Assembly: GCA_964016885.1 (NCBI GenBank)
Contig: OZ024747.1
Span: forward strand, 35,092,001-35,156,000
Source of the DNA: Eledone cirrhosa
Taxonomy: Eukaryota
Direction: 5' to 3'
Length of the DNA: 64,000 nucleotides
Shown here: piece by piece, positions 25,901-40,900 of the stretch
Numbering within the stretch: position 1 is the first letter of the stretch
Layout: each line of letters starts with the position of its first letter
The notes under the pieces: generated by a model
The model's input: the letters and a program-made list of their open reading frames with translations, nothing else
What the model was told of the DNA's origin: nothing
The model's database searches: none
Position numbers and translations under genes: made by a program

Positions 25901-28900
25901 ACTGCAACACAAATAAACTTATGTCTTTACTCCAGTATCACTGTTACTGCAACACAAATAAACTAATGTCTTTACTCCAGTATCACTGTTACTGCAACAC
26001 AAATAAGCTAATGTCTTTACTCCAGTATCACTGTTACTGCAACACAAATAAACTAAAGTCTTTGCTCCAGTATCACTATTACTGCAACACAAATAAACTT
26101 ATGTCTTTACTCCAGTATCACTGTTACTGCAACACAAATAAACTTATGTCTTTACTCCAGTATCACTGTTACTGCAACACAAATAAACTAATGTCTTTAC
26201 TCCAGTATCACTGTTACTGCAACACAAATAAACTAATGTCTTTACTCCAGTATCACTATTAGTGCAACACAAATAAACTAATGTCTTTACTCTAGTATCA
26301 CTGTTACTGCTACACAAATAAACTAAGGTATTTGCTCCAGTATCACTATTACTGCAACACAAATAAACTAATGTCTTTACTCCAGTATCACTGTTACTGC
26401 TACACAAATAAACTAAGGTCTTTGCTCCAGTATCACTATTACTGCAACAGAAATAAACTAATGTCTTTACTCCAGTATCACTGTTACTGCTACACAAATA
26501 AACTAATGTCTTTACTCCAGTATCACTATTACTGCAACACAAATAAACTAATGTCTTTACTCCAGTATCACTATTAGTGCAACAGAAATAAACTAATGTC
26601 TTTACTCCAGTATCACTGTTACTGCAACACAAATAAACTAAGGTCTTTGCTCCAGTATCACTATTACTGCAACACAAATAAACTAAGGTCTTTGCTCCAG
26701 TATCACTATTACTGCAACACAAATAAACTAAGGTCTTTGCTCCAGTATCACTGTTATTGCAACACAAATAAACTAATGTCTTTGCTCCAGTATCACTGTT
26801 ACAGCTACACAAATAAACTAAGGTTTTTGCTCCAGTATCACTATTACTGCAACACAAATAAACTAATGTCTTTACTCCAGTATCACTGTTACTGCTACAC
26901 AAATAAACTAAGGTCTTTGCTCCAGTATCACTGTTACTGCAACACAAATAAACTAATGTCTTTGCTCCAGTATCACTGTTACAGCAACACAAATAAACTA
27001 ATGTCTTTGCTCCAGTATCACTGTTACTGCTACACAAATAAACTAATGTCTTTGCTCCAGTATCACTGTTACTGCAACACAAATAAACTAATGTCTTTGC
27101 TCCAGTATCACTACTACTGCAACACAAATAAACTAAGGTCTTTGCTCCAATATCACTGTTACTGCAACACAAATAAACTAATGTCTTTACTCCAGTATCA
27201 CTGTTACTGCTACCCAAATAAACTAAGGTCTTTGCCCCAGTACCACTGTTACTGCAACACAAATAAACTAATGTCTTTGCTCCAGTATCACTGTTACTGC
27301 AAGACAAATAAATTAATTTCTTTGCTCCAGTATCACTGTTACTGCAAGACAAATAAATTAATTTCTTTGCTCCAGTATCACTGTTACTGCAACACAAATA
27401 AACTAATGTCTTTGCTCCAGTATCACTGTTACTGCAACACAAATAAACTAATGTCTTTACTCCAGTATCACTGTTACTGCAACACAAATAAACTTATGTC
27501 TTTACTCCAGTATCACTGTTACTGCAACACAAATAAACTAATGTCTTTACTCCAGTATCACTGTTACTGCAACACAAATAAGCTAATGTCTTTACTCCAG
27601 TATCACTGTTACTGCAACACAAATAAACTAAGGTCTTTGCTCCAGTATCACTATTACTGCAACACAAATAAACTTATGTCTTTACTCCAGTATCACTGTT
27701 ACTGCAACACAAATAAACTTATGTCTTTACTCCAGTATCACTGTTACTGCAACACAAATAAACTAATGTCTTTACTCCAGTATCACTGTTACTGCAACAC
27801 AAATAAACTAATGTCTTTACTCCAGTATCACTATTAGTGCAACACAAATAAACTAATGTCTTTACTCTAGTATCACTGTTACTGCTACACAAATAAACTA
27901 AGGTATTTGCTCCAGTATCACTATTACTGCAACACAAATAAACTAATGTCTTTACTCCAGTATCACTGTTACTGCTACACAAATAAACTAAGGTCTTTGC
28001 TCCAGTATCACTATTACTGCAACAGAAATAAACTAATGTCTTTACTCCAGTATCACTGTTACTGCTACACAAATAAACTAATGTCTTTACTCCAGTATCA
28101 CTATTACTGCAACACAAATAAACTAATGTCTTTACTCCAGTATCACTATTAGTGCAACAGAAATAAACTAATGTCTTTACTCCAGTATCACTGTTATTGC
28201 AACACAAATAAACTAATGTCTTTGCTCCAGTATCACTGTTACAGCTACACAAATAAACTAAGGTTTTTGCTCCAGTATCACTATTACTGCAACACAAATA
28301 AACTAATGTCTTTACTCCAGTATCACTGTTACTGCTACACAAATAAACTAAGGTCTTTGCTCCAGTATCACTGTTACTGCAACACAAATAAACTAATGTC
28401 TTTGCTCCAGTATCACTGTTACAGCAACACAAGTAAAATAATGTCTTTGCTCCAGTATCACTGTTACTGCTACACAAATAAACTAATGTCTTTGCTCCAG
28501 TATCACTGTTACTGCAACACAAATAAACTAATGTCTTTGCTCCAGTATCACTACTACTGCAACACAAATAAACTAAGGTCTTTGCTCCAATATCACTGTT
28601 ACTGCAACACAAATAAACTAATGTCTTTACTCCAGTATCACTGTTACTGCTACACAAATAAACTAAGGTCTTTGCCCCAGTATCACTGTTACTGCAACAC
28701 AAATAAACTAATGTCTTTGCTCCAGTATCACTGTTACTGCAAGACAAATAAATTAATTTCTTTGCTCCAGTATCACTGTTACTGCAACACAAATAAACTA
28801 ATGTCTTTGCTCCAGTATCACTGTTACTGCAACACAAATAAACTAATGTCTTTACTCCAGTATCACTGTTACTGCAACACAAATAAACTTATGTCTTTAC

Positions 28901-31900
28901 TCCAGTATCACTGTTACTGCAACACAAATAAACTAATGTCTTTACTCCAGTATCACTGTTACTGCAACACAAATAAGCTAATGTCTTTACTCCAGTATCA
29001 CTGTTACTGCAACACAAATAAACTAAGGTCTTTGCTCCAGTATCACTATTACTGCAACACAAATAAACTTATGTCTTTACTCCAGTATCACTGTTACTGC
29101 AACACAAATAAACTAATGTCTTTACTCCAGTATCACTGTTACTGCAACACAAATAAACTAATGTCTTTACTCCAGTATCACTATTAGTGCAACACAAATA
29201 AACTAATGTCTTTACTCTAGTATCACTGTTACTGCTACACAAATAAACTAAGGTATTTGCTCCAGTATCACTATTACTGCAACACAAATAAACTAATGTC
29301 TTTACTCCAGTATCACTGTTACTGCTACACAAATAAACTAAGGTCTTTGCTCCAGTATCACTATTACTGCAACAGAAATAAACTAATGTCTTTACTCCAG
29401 TATCACTGTTACTGCTACACAAATAAACTAATGTCTTTACTCCAGTATCACTATTACTGCAACACAAATAAACTAATGTCTTTACTCCAGTATCACTATT
29501 AGTGCAACAGAAATAAACTAATGTCTTTACTCCAGTATCACTGTTACTGCAACACAAATAAACTAAGGTCTTTGCTCCAGTATCACTATTACTGCAACAC
29601 AAATAAACTAAGGTCTTTGCTCCAGTATCACTGTTACTGCAACACAAATAAACTAATGTCTTTACTCCAGTATCACTGTTACTGCTACACAAATAAACTA
29701 AGGTCTTTGCTCCAGTATCACTATTACTGCAACACAAATAAACTAATGTCTTTACTCCAGTATCACTGTTACTGCTACACAAATAAACTAATGTCTTTAC
29801 TCTAGTATCACTGTTACTGCTACACAAATAAACTAAGTTCTTTGCTCCAGTATCACTATTACTGCAACACAAATAAACTAATGTCTTTACTCCAGTATCA
29901 CTGTTACTGCTACACAAATAGACGAATGTCTTTACTCCAGTATCACTATTACTGCAACACAAATAAACTAAGGTCTTTGCTCCAGTATCACTATTACTGC
30001 AACACAAATAAACTAAGGTCATTGCTCCAGTATCACTGTTACTGCAACACAAATAAACTAATGTCTTTGCTCCAGTATCACTATTACTGCAACACAAATA
30101 AACTAAGGTCTTTGCTCCAGTATCACTGTTACTGCAACACAAATAAACTAATGTCTTTACTCCAGTATCACTGTTACTGCTACACAAATAAACTAAGGTC
30201 TTTGCCCCAGTATCACTGTTACTGCAACACAAATAAACTAATGTCTTTGCTCCAGTATCACTGTTATTGCAACACAAATAAACTAATGTCTTTACTCCAG
30301 TATCACTGTTACTGCAACACAAATAAACTAATGTCTTTACTCCAGTATCACTGTTACTGCAACACAAATAAACTAATGTCTTTGCTCCAGTATCACTGTT
30401 ACTGCAAGACAAATAAATTAATTTGTTTGCTCCAGTATCACTGTTACTGCAACACAAATAAACTAATGTCTTTACTCCAGTGTCACTGTTACTGCAACAC
30501 AAATAAACTAATGTCTTTACTCCAGTATCACTGTTACTGCGACACAAATAAACTAATGGCTTTGCTCTACTATCACTGTTACTGCAACACAAATAAACTA
30601 ATGTCTTTACTCCAGTATCACTGTTACTGCAACACAAATAAACTAATGTCTTTACTCCAGTATCACTGTTAGTGCAACACAAATAAACTAATGGCTTTGC
30701 TCTACTATCACTGTTACTGCAACACAAATAAACTAATGTCTTTACTCCAGTATCACTATTAGTGCAACACAAATAAACTAATGTCTTTACTCCAGTATAA
30801 CTGTTACTGCAACACAAATAAACTTATGTCTTTACTCCAGTATCACTGTTACTGCAAAACAAATAAACTTATGTCTTTACTCCAGTATCACTGTTACTGC
30901 AACACAAATAAACTAATGTCTTTACTCCAGTATCACTGTTACTGCAACACAAATAAACTAATGTCTTTACTCCAGTATCACTATTAGTGCAACACAAATA
31001 AACTAATGTCTTTACTCTAGTATCACTGTTACTGCTACACAAATAAACTAAGGTATTTGCTCCAGTATCACTATTACTGCAACACAAATAAACTAATGTC
31101 TTTACTCCAGTATCACTGTTACTGCTACACAAATAAACTAAGGTCTTTGCTCCAGTATCACTATTACTGCAACAGAAATAAACTAATGTCTTTACTCCAG
31201 TATCAATGTTACTGCTACACAAATAAACTAATGTCTTTACTCCAGTATCACTATTACTGCAACACAAATAAACTAATGTCTTTACTCCAGTATCACTATT
31301 AGTGCAACAGAAATAAACTAATGTCTTTACTCCAGTATCACTGTTACTGCAACACAAATAAACTAAGGTCTTTGCTCCAGTATCACTATTACTGCAACAC
31401 AAATAAACTAAGGTCTTTGCTCCAGTATCACTATTACTGCAACACAAATAAACTAAGGTCTTTGCTCCAGTATCACTGTTATTGCAACACAAATAAACTA
31501 ATGTCTTTGCTCCAGTATCACTGTTACAGCTACACAAATAAACTAAGGTTTTTGCTCCAGTATCACTATTACTGCAACACAAATAAACTAATGTCTTTAC
31601 TCCAGTATCACTGTTACTGCTACACAAATAAACTAAGGTCTTTGCTCCAGTATCACTGTTACTGCAACACAAATAAACTAATGTCTTTGCTCCAGTATCA
31701 CTGTTACAGCAACACAAATAAACTAATGTCTTTGCTCCAGTATCACTGTTACTGCTACACAAATAAACTAATGTCTTTGCTCCAGTATCACTGTTACTGC
31801 AACACAAATAAACTAATGTCTTTGCTCCAGTATCACTACTACTGCAACACAAATAAACTAAGGTCTTTGCTCCAATATCACTGTTACTGCAACACAAATA

Positions 31901-34900
31901 AACTAATGTCTTTACTCCAGTATCACTGTTACTGCTACACAAATAAACTAAGGTCTTTGCCCCAGTATCACTGTTACTGCAACACAAATAAACTAATGTC
32001 TTTGCTCCAGTATCACTGTTACTGCAAGACAAATAAATTAATTTCTTTGCTCCAGTATCACTGTTACTGCAACACAAATAAACTAATGTCTTTGCTCCAG
32101 TATCACTGTTACTGCAACACAAATAAACTAATGTCTTTACTCCAGTATCACTGTTACTGCAACACAAATAAACTTATGTCTTTACTCCAGTATCACTGTT
32201 ACTGCAACACAAATAAACTAATGTCTTTACTCCAGTATCACTGTTACTGCAACACAAATAAGCTAATGTCTTTACTCCAGTATCACTGTTACTGCAACAC
32301 AAATAAACTAAGGTCTTTGCTCCAGTATCACTATTACTGCAACACAAATAAACTAATGTCTTTGCTCCAGTATCACTGTTACTGCAAGACAAATAAATTA
32401 ATTTCTTTGCTCCAGTATCACTGTTACTGCAACACAAATAAACTAATGTCTTTGCTCCAGTATCACTGTTACTGCAACACAAATAAACTAATGTCTTTAC
32501 TCCAGTATCACTGTTACTGCAACACAAATAAACTTATGTCTTTACTCCAGTATCACTGTTACTGCAACACAAATAAACTAATGTCTTTACTCCAGTATCA
32601 CTGTTACTGCAACACAAATAAGCTAATGTCTTTACTCCAGTATCACTGTTACTGCAACACAAATAAACTAAGGTCTTTGCTCCAGTATCACTATTACTGC
32701 AACACAAATAAACTTATGTCTTTACTCCAGTATCACTGTTACTGCAACACAAATAAACTAATGTCTTTACTCCAGTATCACTGTTACTGCAACACAAATA
32801 AACTAATGTCTTTACTCCAGTATCACTATTAGTGCAACACAAATAAACTAATGTCTTTACTCTAGTATCACTGTTACTGCTACACAAATAAACTAAGGTA
32901 TTTGCTCCAGTATCACTATTACTGCAACACAAATAAACTAATGTCTTTACTCCAGTATCACTGTTACTGCTACACAAATAAACTAAGGTCTTTGCTCCAG
33001 TATCACTATTACTGCAACAGAAATAAACTAATGTCTTTACTCCAGTATCACTGTTACTGCTACACAAATAAACTAATGTCTTTACTCCAGTATCACTATT
33101 ACTGCAACACAAATAAACTAATGTCTTTACTCCAGTATCACTATTAGTGCAACAGAAATAAACTAATGTCTTTACTCCAGTATCACTGTTACTGCAACAC
33201 AAATAAACTAAGGTCTTTGCTCCAGTATCACTATTACTGCAACACAAATAAACTAAGGTCTTTGCTCCAGTATCACTGTTACTGCAACACAAATAAACTA
33301 ATGTCTTTACTCCAGTATCACTGTTACTGCTACACAAATAAACTAAGGTCTTTGCTCCAGTATCACTATTACTGCAACACAAATAAACTAATGTCTTTAC
33401 TCCAGTATCACTGTTACTGCTACACAAATAAACTAATGTCTTTACTCTAGTATCACTGTTACTGCTACACAAATAAACTAAGTTCTTTGCTCCAGTATCA
33501 CTATTACTGCAACACAAATAAACTAATGTCTTTACTCCAGTATCACTGTTACTGCTACACAAATAGACGAATGTCTTTACTCCAGTATCACTATTACTGC
33601 AACACAAATAAACTAAGGTCTTTGCTCCAGTATCACTATTACTGCAACACAAATAAACTAAGGTCATTGCTCCAGTATCACTGTTACTGCAACACAAATA
33701 AACTAATGTCTTTGCTCCAGTATCACTATTACTGCAACACAAATAAACTAAGGTCTTTGCTCCAGTATCACTGTTACTGCAACACAAATAAACTAATGTC
33801 TTTACTCCAGTATCACTGTTACTGCTACACAAATAAACTAAGGTCTTTGCCCCAGTATCACTGTTACTGCAACACAAATAAACTAATGTCTTTGCTCCAG
33901 TATCACTGTTATTGCAACACAAATAAACTAATGTCTTTACTCCAGTATCACTGTTACTGCAACACAAATAAACTAATGTCTTTACTCCAGTATCACTGTT
34001 ACTGCAACACAAATAAACTAATGTCTTTGCTCCAGTATCACTGTTACTGCAAGACAAATAAATTAATTTGTTTGCTCCAGTATCACTGTTACTGCAACAC
34101 AAATAAACTAATGTCTTTACTCCAGTGTCACTGTTACTGCAACACAAATAAACTAATGTCTTTACTCCAGTATCACTGTTACTGCGACACAAATAAACTA
34201 ATGGCTTTGCTCTACTATCACTGTTACTGCAACACAAATAAACTAATGTCTTTACTCCAGTATCACTGTTACTGCAACACAAATAAACTAATGTCTTTAC
34301 TCCAGTATCACTGTTAGTGCAACACAAATAAACTAATGGCTTTGCTCTACTATCACTGTTACTGCAACACAAATAAACTAATGTCTTTACTCCAGTATCA
34401 CTATTAGTGCAACACAAATAAACTAATGTCTTTACTCCAGTATAACTGTTACTGCAACACAAATAAACTTATGTCTTTACTCCAGTATCACTGTTACTGC
34501 AAAACAAATAAACTTATGTCTTTACTCCAGTATCACTGTTACTGCAACACAAATAAACTAATGTCTTTACTCCAGTATCACTGTTACTGCAACACAAATA
34601 AACTAATGTCTTTACTCCAGTATCACTATTAGTGCAACACAAATAAACTAATGTCTTTACTCTAGTATCACTGTTACTGCTACACAAATAAACTAAGGTA
34701 TTTGCTCCAGTATCACTATTACTGCAACACAAATAAACTAATGTCTTTACTCCAGTATCACTGTTACTGCTACACAAATAAACTAAGGTCTTTGCTCCAG
34801 TATCACTATTACTGCAACAGAAATAAACTAATGTCTTTACTCCAGTATCAATGTTACTGCTACACAAATAAACTAATGTCTTTACTCCAGTATCACTATT

Positions 34901-37900
34901 ACTGCAACACAAATAAACTAATGTCTTTACTCCAGTATCACTATTAGTGCAACAGAAATAAACTAATGTCTTTACTCCAGTATCACTGTTACTGCAACAC
35001 AAATAAACTAAGGTCTTTGCTCCAGTATCACTATTACTGCAACACAAATAAACTAAGGTCTTTGCTCCAGTATCACTATTACTGCAACACAAATAAACTA
35101 AGGTCTTTGCTCCAGTATCACTGTTATTGCAACACAAATAAACTAATGTCTTTGCTCCAGTATCACTGTTACAGCTACACAAATAAACTAAGGTTTTTGC
35201 TCCAGTATCACGATTACTGCAACACAAATAAACTAATGTCTTTACTCCAGTATCACTGTTACTGCTACACAAATAAACTAAGGTCTTTGCTCCAGTATCA
35301 CTGTTACTGCAACACAAATAAACTAATGTCTTTGCTCCAGTATCACTGTTACAGCAACACAAATAAACTAATGTCTTTGCTCCAGTATCACTGTTACTGT
35401 ACACAAATAAACTAATGTCTTTGCTCCAGTATCACTGTTACTGCAACACAAATAAACTAATGTCTTTGCTCCAGTATCACTATTACTGCAACAGAAATAA
35501 ACTAATGTCTTTACTCCAGTATCAATGTTACTGCTACACAAATAAACTAATGTCTTTACTCCAGTATCACTATTACTGCAACACAAATAAACTAATGTCT
35601 TTACTCCAGTATCACTATTAGTGCAACAGAAATAAACTAATGTCTTTACTCCAGTATCACTGTTACTGCAACACAAATAAACTAAGGTCTTTGCTCCAGT
35701 ATCACTATTACTGCAACACAAATAAACTAAGGTCTTTGCTCCAATATCACTGTTACTGCAACACAAATAAACTAATGTCTTTACTCCAGTATCACTGTTA
35801 CTGCTACACAAATAAACTAAGGTCTTTGCCCCAGTATCACTGTTACTGCAACACAAATAAACTAATGTCTTTGCTCCAGTATCACTGTTACTGCAAGACA
35901 AATAAATTAATTTCTTTGCTCCAGTATCACTGTTACTGCAACACAAATAAACTAATGTCTTTGCTCCAGTATCACTGTTACTGCAACACAAATAAACTAA
36001 TGTCTTTACTCCAGTATCACTGTTACTGCAACACAAATAAACTTATGTCTTTACTCCAGTATCACTGTTACTGCAACACAAATAAACTAATGTCTTTACT
36101 CCAGTATCACTGTTACTGCAACACAAATAAGCTAATGTCTTTACTCCAGTATCACTGTTACTGCAACACAAATAAACTAAGGTCTTTGCTCCAGTATCAC
36201 TATTACTGCAACACAAATAAACTTATGTCTTTACTCCAGTATCACTGTTACTGCAACACAAATAAACTAATGTCTTTACTCCAGTATCACTGTTACTGCA
36301 ACACAAATAAACTAATGTCTTTACTCCAGTATCACTATTAGTGCAACACAAATAAACTAATGTCTTTACTCTAGTATCACTGTTACTGCTACACAAATAA
36401 ACTAAGGTATTTGCTCCAGTATCACTATTACTGCAACACAAATAAACTAATGTCTTTACTCCAGTATCACTGTTACTGCTACACAAATAAACTAAGGTCT
36501 TTGCTCCAGTATCACTATTACTGCAACAGAAATAAACTAATGTCTTTACTCCAGTATCACTGTTACTGCTACACAAATAAACTAATGTCTTTACTCCAGT
36601 ATCACTATTACTGCAACACAAATAAACTAATGTCTTTACTCCAGTATCACTATTAGTGCAACAGAAATAAACTAATGTCTTTACTCCAGTATCACTGTTA
36701 CTGCAACACAAATAAACTAAGGTCTTTGCTCCAGTATCACTATTACTGCAACACAAATAAACTAAGGTCTTTGCTCCAGTATCACTGTTACTGCAACACA
36801 AATAAACTAATGTCTTTACTCCAGTATCACTGTTACTGCTACACAAATAAACTAAGGTCTTTGCTCCAGTATCACTATTACTGCAACACAAATAAACTAA
36901 TGTCTTTACTCCAGTATCACTGTTACTGCTACACAAATAAACTAATGTCTTTACTCTAGTATCACTGTTACTGCTACACAAATAAACTAAGTTCTTTGCT
37001 CCAGTATCACTATTACTGCAACACAAATAAACTAATGTCTTTACTCCAGTATCACTGTTACTGCTACACAAATAGACGAATGTCTTTACTCCAGTATCAC
37101 TATTACTGCAACACAAATAAACTAAGGTCTTTGCTCCAGTATCACTATTACTGCAACACAAATAAACTAAGGTCATTGCTCCAGTATCACTGTTACTGCA
37201 ACACAAATAAACTAATGTCTTTGCTCCAGTATCACTATTACTGCAACACAAATAAACTAAGGTCTTTGCTCCAGTATCACTGTTACTGCAACACAAATAA
37301 ACTAATGTCTTTACTCCAGTATCACTGTTACTGCTACACAAATAAACTAAGGTCTTTGCCCCAGTATCACTGTTACTGCAACACAAATAAACTAATGTCT
37401 TTGCTCCAGTATCACTGTTATTGCAACACAAATAAACTAATGTCTTTACTCCAGTATCACTGTTACTGCAACACAAATAAACTAATGTCTTTACTCCAGT
37501 ATCACTGTTACTGCAACACAAATAAACTAATGTCTTTGCTCCAGTATCACTGTTACTGCAAGACAAATAAATTAATTTGTTTGCTCCAGTATCACTGTTA
37601 CTGCAACACAAATAAACTAATGTCTTTACTCCAGTGTCACTGTTACTGCAACACAAATAAACTAATGTCTTTACTCCAGTATCACTGTTACTGCGACACA
37701 AATAAACTAATGGCTTTGCTCTACTATCACTGTTACTGCAACACAAATAAACTAATGTCTTTACTCCAGTATCACTGTTACTGCAACACAAATAAACTAA
37801 TGTCTTTACTCCAGTATCACTGTTAGTGCAACACAAATAAACTAATGGCTTTGCTCTACTATCACCGTTACTGCAACACAAATAAACTAATGTCTTTACT

Positions 37901-40900
37901 CCAGTATCACTATTAGTGCAACACAAATAAACTAATGTCTTTACTCCAGTATAACTGTTACTGCAACACAAATAAACTTATGTCTTTACTCCAGTATCAC
38001 TGTTACTGCAAAACAAATAAACTTATGTCTTTACTCCAGTATCACTGTTACTGCAACACAAATAAACTAATGTCTTTACTCCAGTATCACTGTTACTGCA
38101 ACACAAATAAACTAATGTCTTTACTCCAGTATCACTATTAGTGCAACACAAATAAACTAATGTCTTTACTCTAGTATCACTGTTACTGCTACACAAATAA
38201 ACTAAGGTATTTGCTCCAGTATCACTATTACTGCAACACAAATAAACTAATGTCTTTACTCCAGTATCACTGTTACTGCTACACAAATAAACTAAGGTCT
38301 TTGCTCCAGTATCACTATTACTGCAACAGAAATAAACTAATGTCTTTACTCCAGTATCAATGTTACTGCTACACAAATAAACTAATGTCTTTACTCCAGT
38401 ATCACTATTACTGCAACACAAATAAACTAATGTCTTTACTCCAGTATCACTATTAGTGCAACAGAAATAAACTAATGTCTTTACTCCAGTATCACTGTTA
38501 CTGCAACACAAATAAACTAAGGTCTTTGCTCCAGTATCACTATTACTACAACACAAATAAACTAAGGTCTTTGCTCCAGTATCACTGTTACTGCAACACA
38601 AATAAACTAATGTCTTTACTCCAGTATCACTGTTACTGCTACACAAATAAACTAATGTCCTTGCTCCAGTATCACTGTTACTGCAACACAAATAAACTAA
38701 TGTCTTTGCTCCAGTATCACTATTACTGCAACACAAATAAACTAAGGTCTTTGCTCCAGTATCACTGTTACTGCAACACAAATAAACTAATGTCTTTACT
38801 CCAGTATCACTGTTACTGCTACACAAATAAACTAAGGTCTTTGCCCCAGTATCACTGTTACTGCAACACAAATAAACTAATGTCTTTGCTCCAGTATCAC
38901 TGTTACTGCAAGACAAATAAATTAATTTCTTTGCTCCAGTATCACTGTTACTGCAAGACAAATAAATTAATTTCTTTGCTCCAGTATCACTGTTACTGCA
39001 ACACAAATAAACTAATGTCTTTACTCCAGCATCACTGTTACTGCAACACAAATAAACTAATGTCTTTACTCCAGTATCACTATTCCTGCAACACAAATAA
39101 ACTAATGTCTTTACTCCAGTATCACTATTCCTGCAACACAAATAAACTAATGTCTTTATTCCAGTATCACTGTTACTGCAACACAAATAAACTAATGTCT
39201 GTACTCCAGTATCACTGTTACTGCAACACAAATAAACTAATGTCTTTACTCCAGTATCACTGTTAGTGCAACACAAATAAACTAATGTCTTTGCTCCAGC
39301 ATCACTGTTACTGCAACACAAATAAACTAATGTCTTTGCTCCAGTATCACTGTTACTGCAACACAAATAAACTAATGTCTGTACTCCAGTATCACTGTTA
39401 CTGCAACACAAATAAACTAATATCTTTACTCCAGTATCACTGTTACTGCAACACAAATAAACTAATGTCTTTGCTCCAGTATCACTGTTACTGTAACACA
39501 AATAAACTAATGTCTTTACTCCAGTATCACTGTTACTGCAACACAAATAAACTAATGTCTTTACTCCAGTATCACTGTTACTGCAGCACAAATAAACCAA
39601 TGGCTTTGCTCTACTATCACTGTTACTGCAACACAAATAAACTAATGTCTTTACTCCAGTATCACTGTTACTGCAACACAAATAATCTAATGTCTTTACT
39701 CCAGTATCACTGTTACTGCAACACAAATAAACTAATGGCTTTGCTCTACTATCACTGTTACTGCAACACAAATAAACTAATGTCTTTACTCCAGTATCAC
39801 TATTAGTGCAACACAAATAAACTAATGTCTTTACTCCCGTATAACTGTTACTGCAACACAAATAAACTTATGTCTTTACTCCAGTATCACTGTTACTGCA
39901 AAACAAATAAACTTATGTCTTTACTCCAGTATCACTGTTACTGCAACACAAATAAACTAATGTCTTTACTCCAGTATCACTGTTACTGCAACACAAATAA
40001 ACTAATGTCTTTACTCCAGTATCACTATTAGTGCAACACACATAAACTAATGTCTTTACTCTAGTATCACTGTTACTGCTACACAAATAAACTAAGGTAT
40101 TTGCTCCAGTATCACTATTACTGCAACACAAATAAACTAATGTCTTTACTCCAGTATCACTGTTACTGCTACACAAATAAACTAAGGTCTTTGCTCCAGT
40201 ATCACTATTACTGCAACAGAAATAAACTAATGTCTTTACTCCAGTATCACTGTTACTGCTACACAAATAAACTAATGTCTTTACTCCAGTATCACTATTA
40301 CTGCAACACAAATAAACTAATGTCTTTACTCCAGTATCACTATTAGTGCAACAGAAATAAACTAATGTCTTTACTCCAGTATCACTGTTACTGCAACACA
40401 AATAAACTAAGGTCTTTGCTCCAGTATCACTATTACTACAACACAAATAAACTAAGGTCTTTGCTCCAGTATCACTGTTACTGCAACACAAATAAACTAA
40501 TGTCTTTACTCCAGTATCACTGTTACTGCTACACAAATAAACTAATGTCCTTGCTCCAGTATCACTGTTACTGCAACACAAATAAACTAATGTCTTTGCT
40601 CCAGTATCACTATTACTGCAACACAAATAAACTAAGGTCTTTGCTCCAGTATCACTGTTACTGCAACACAAATAAACTAATGTCTTTACTCCAGTATCAC
40701 TGTTACTGCTACACAAATAAACTAAGGTCTTTGCCCCAGTATCACTGTTACTGCAACACAAATAAACTAATGTCTTTGCTCCAGTATCACTGTTACTGCA
40801 AGACAAATAAATTAATTTCTTTGCTCCAGTATCACTGTTACTGCAAGACAAATAAATTAATTTCTTTGCTCCAGTATCACTGTTACTGCAACACAAATAA

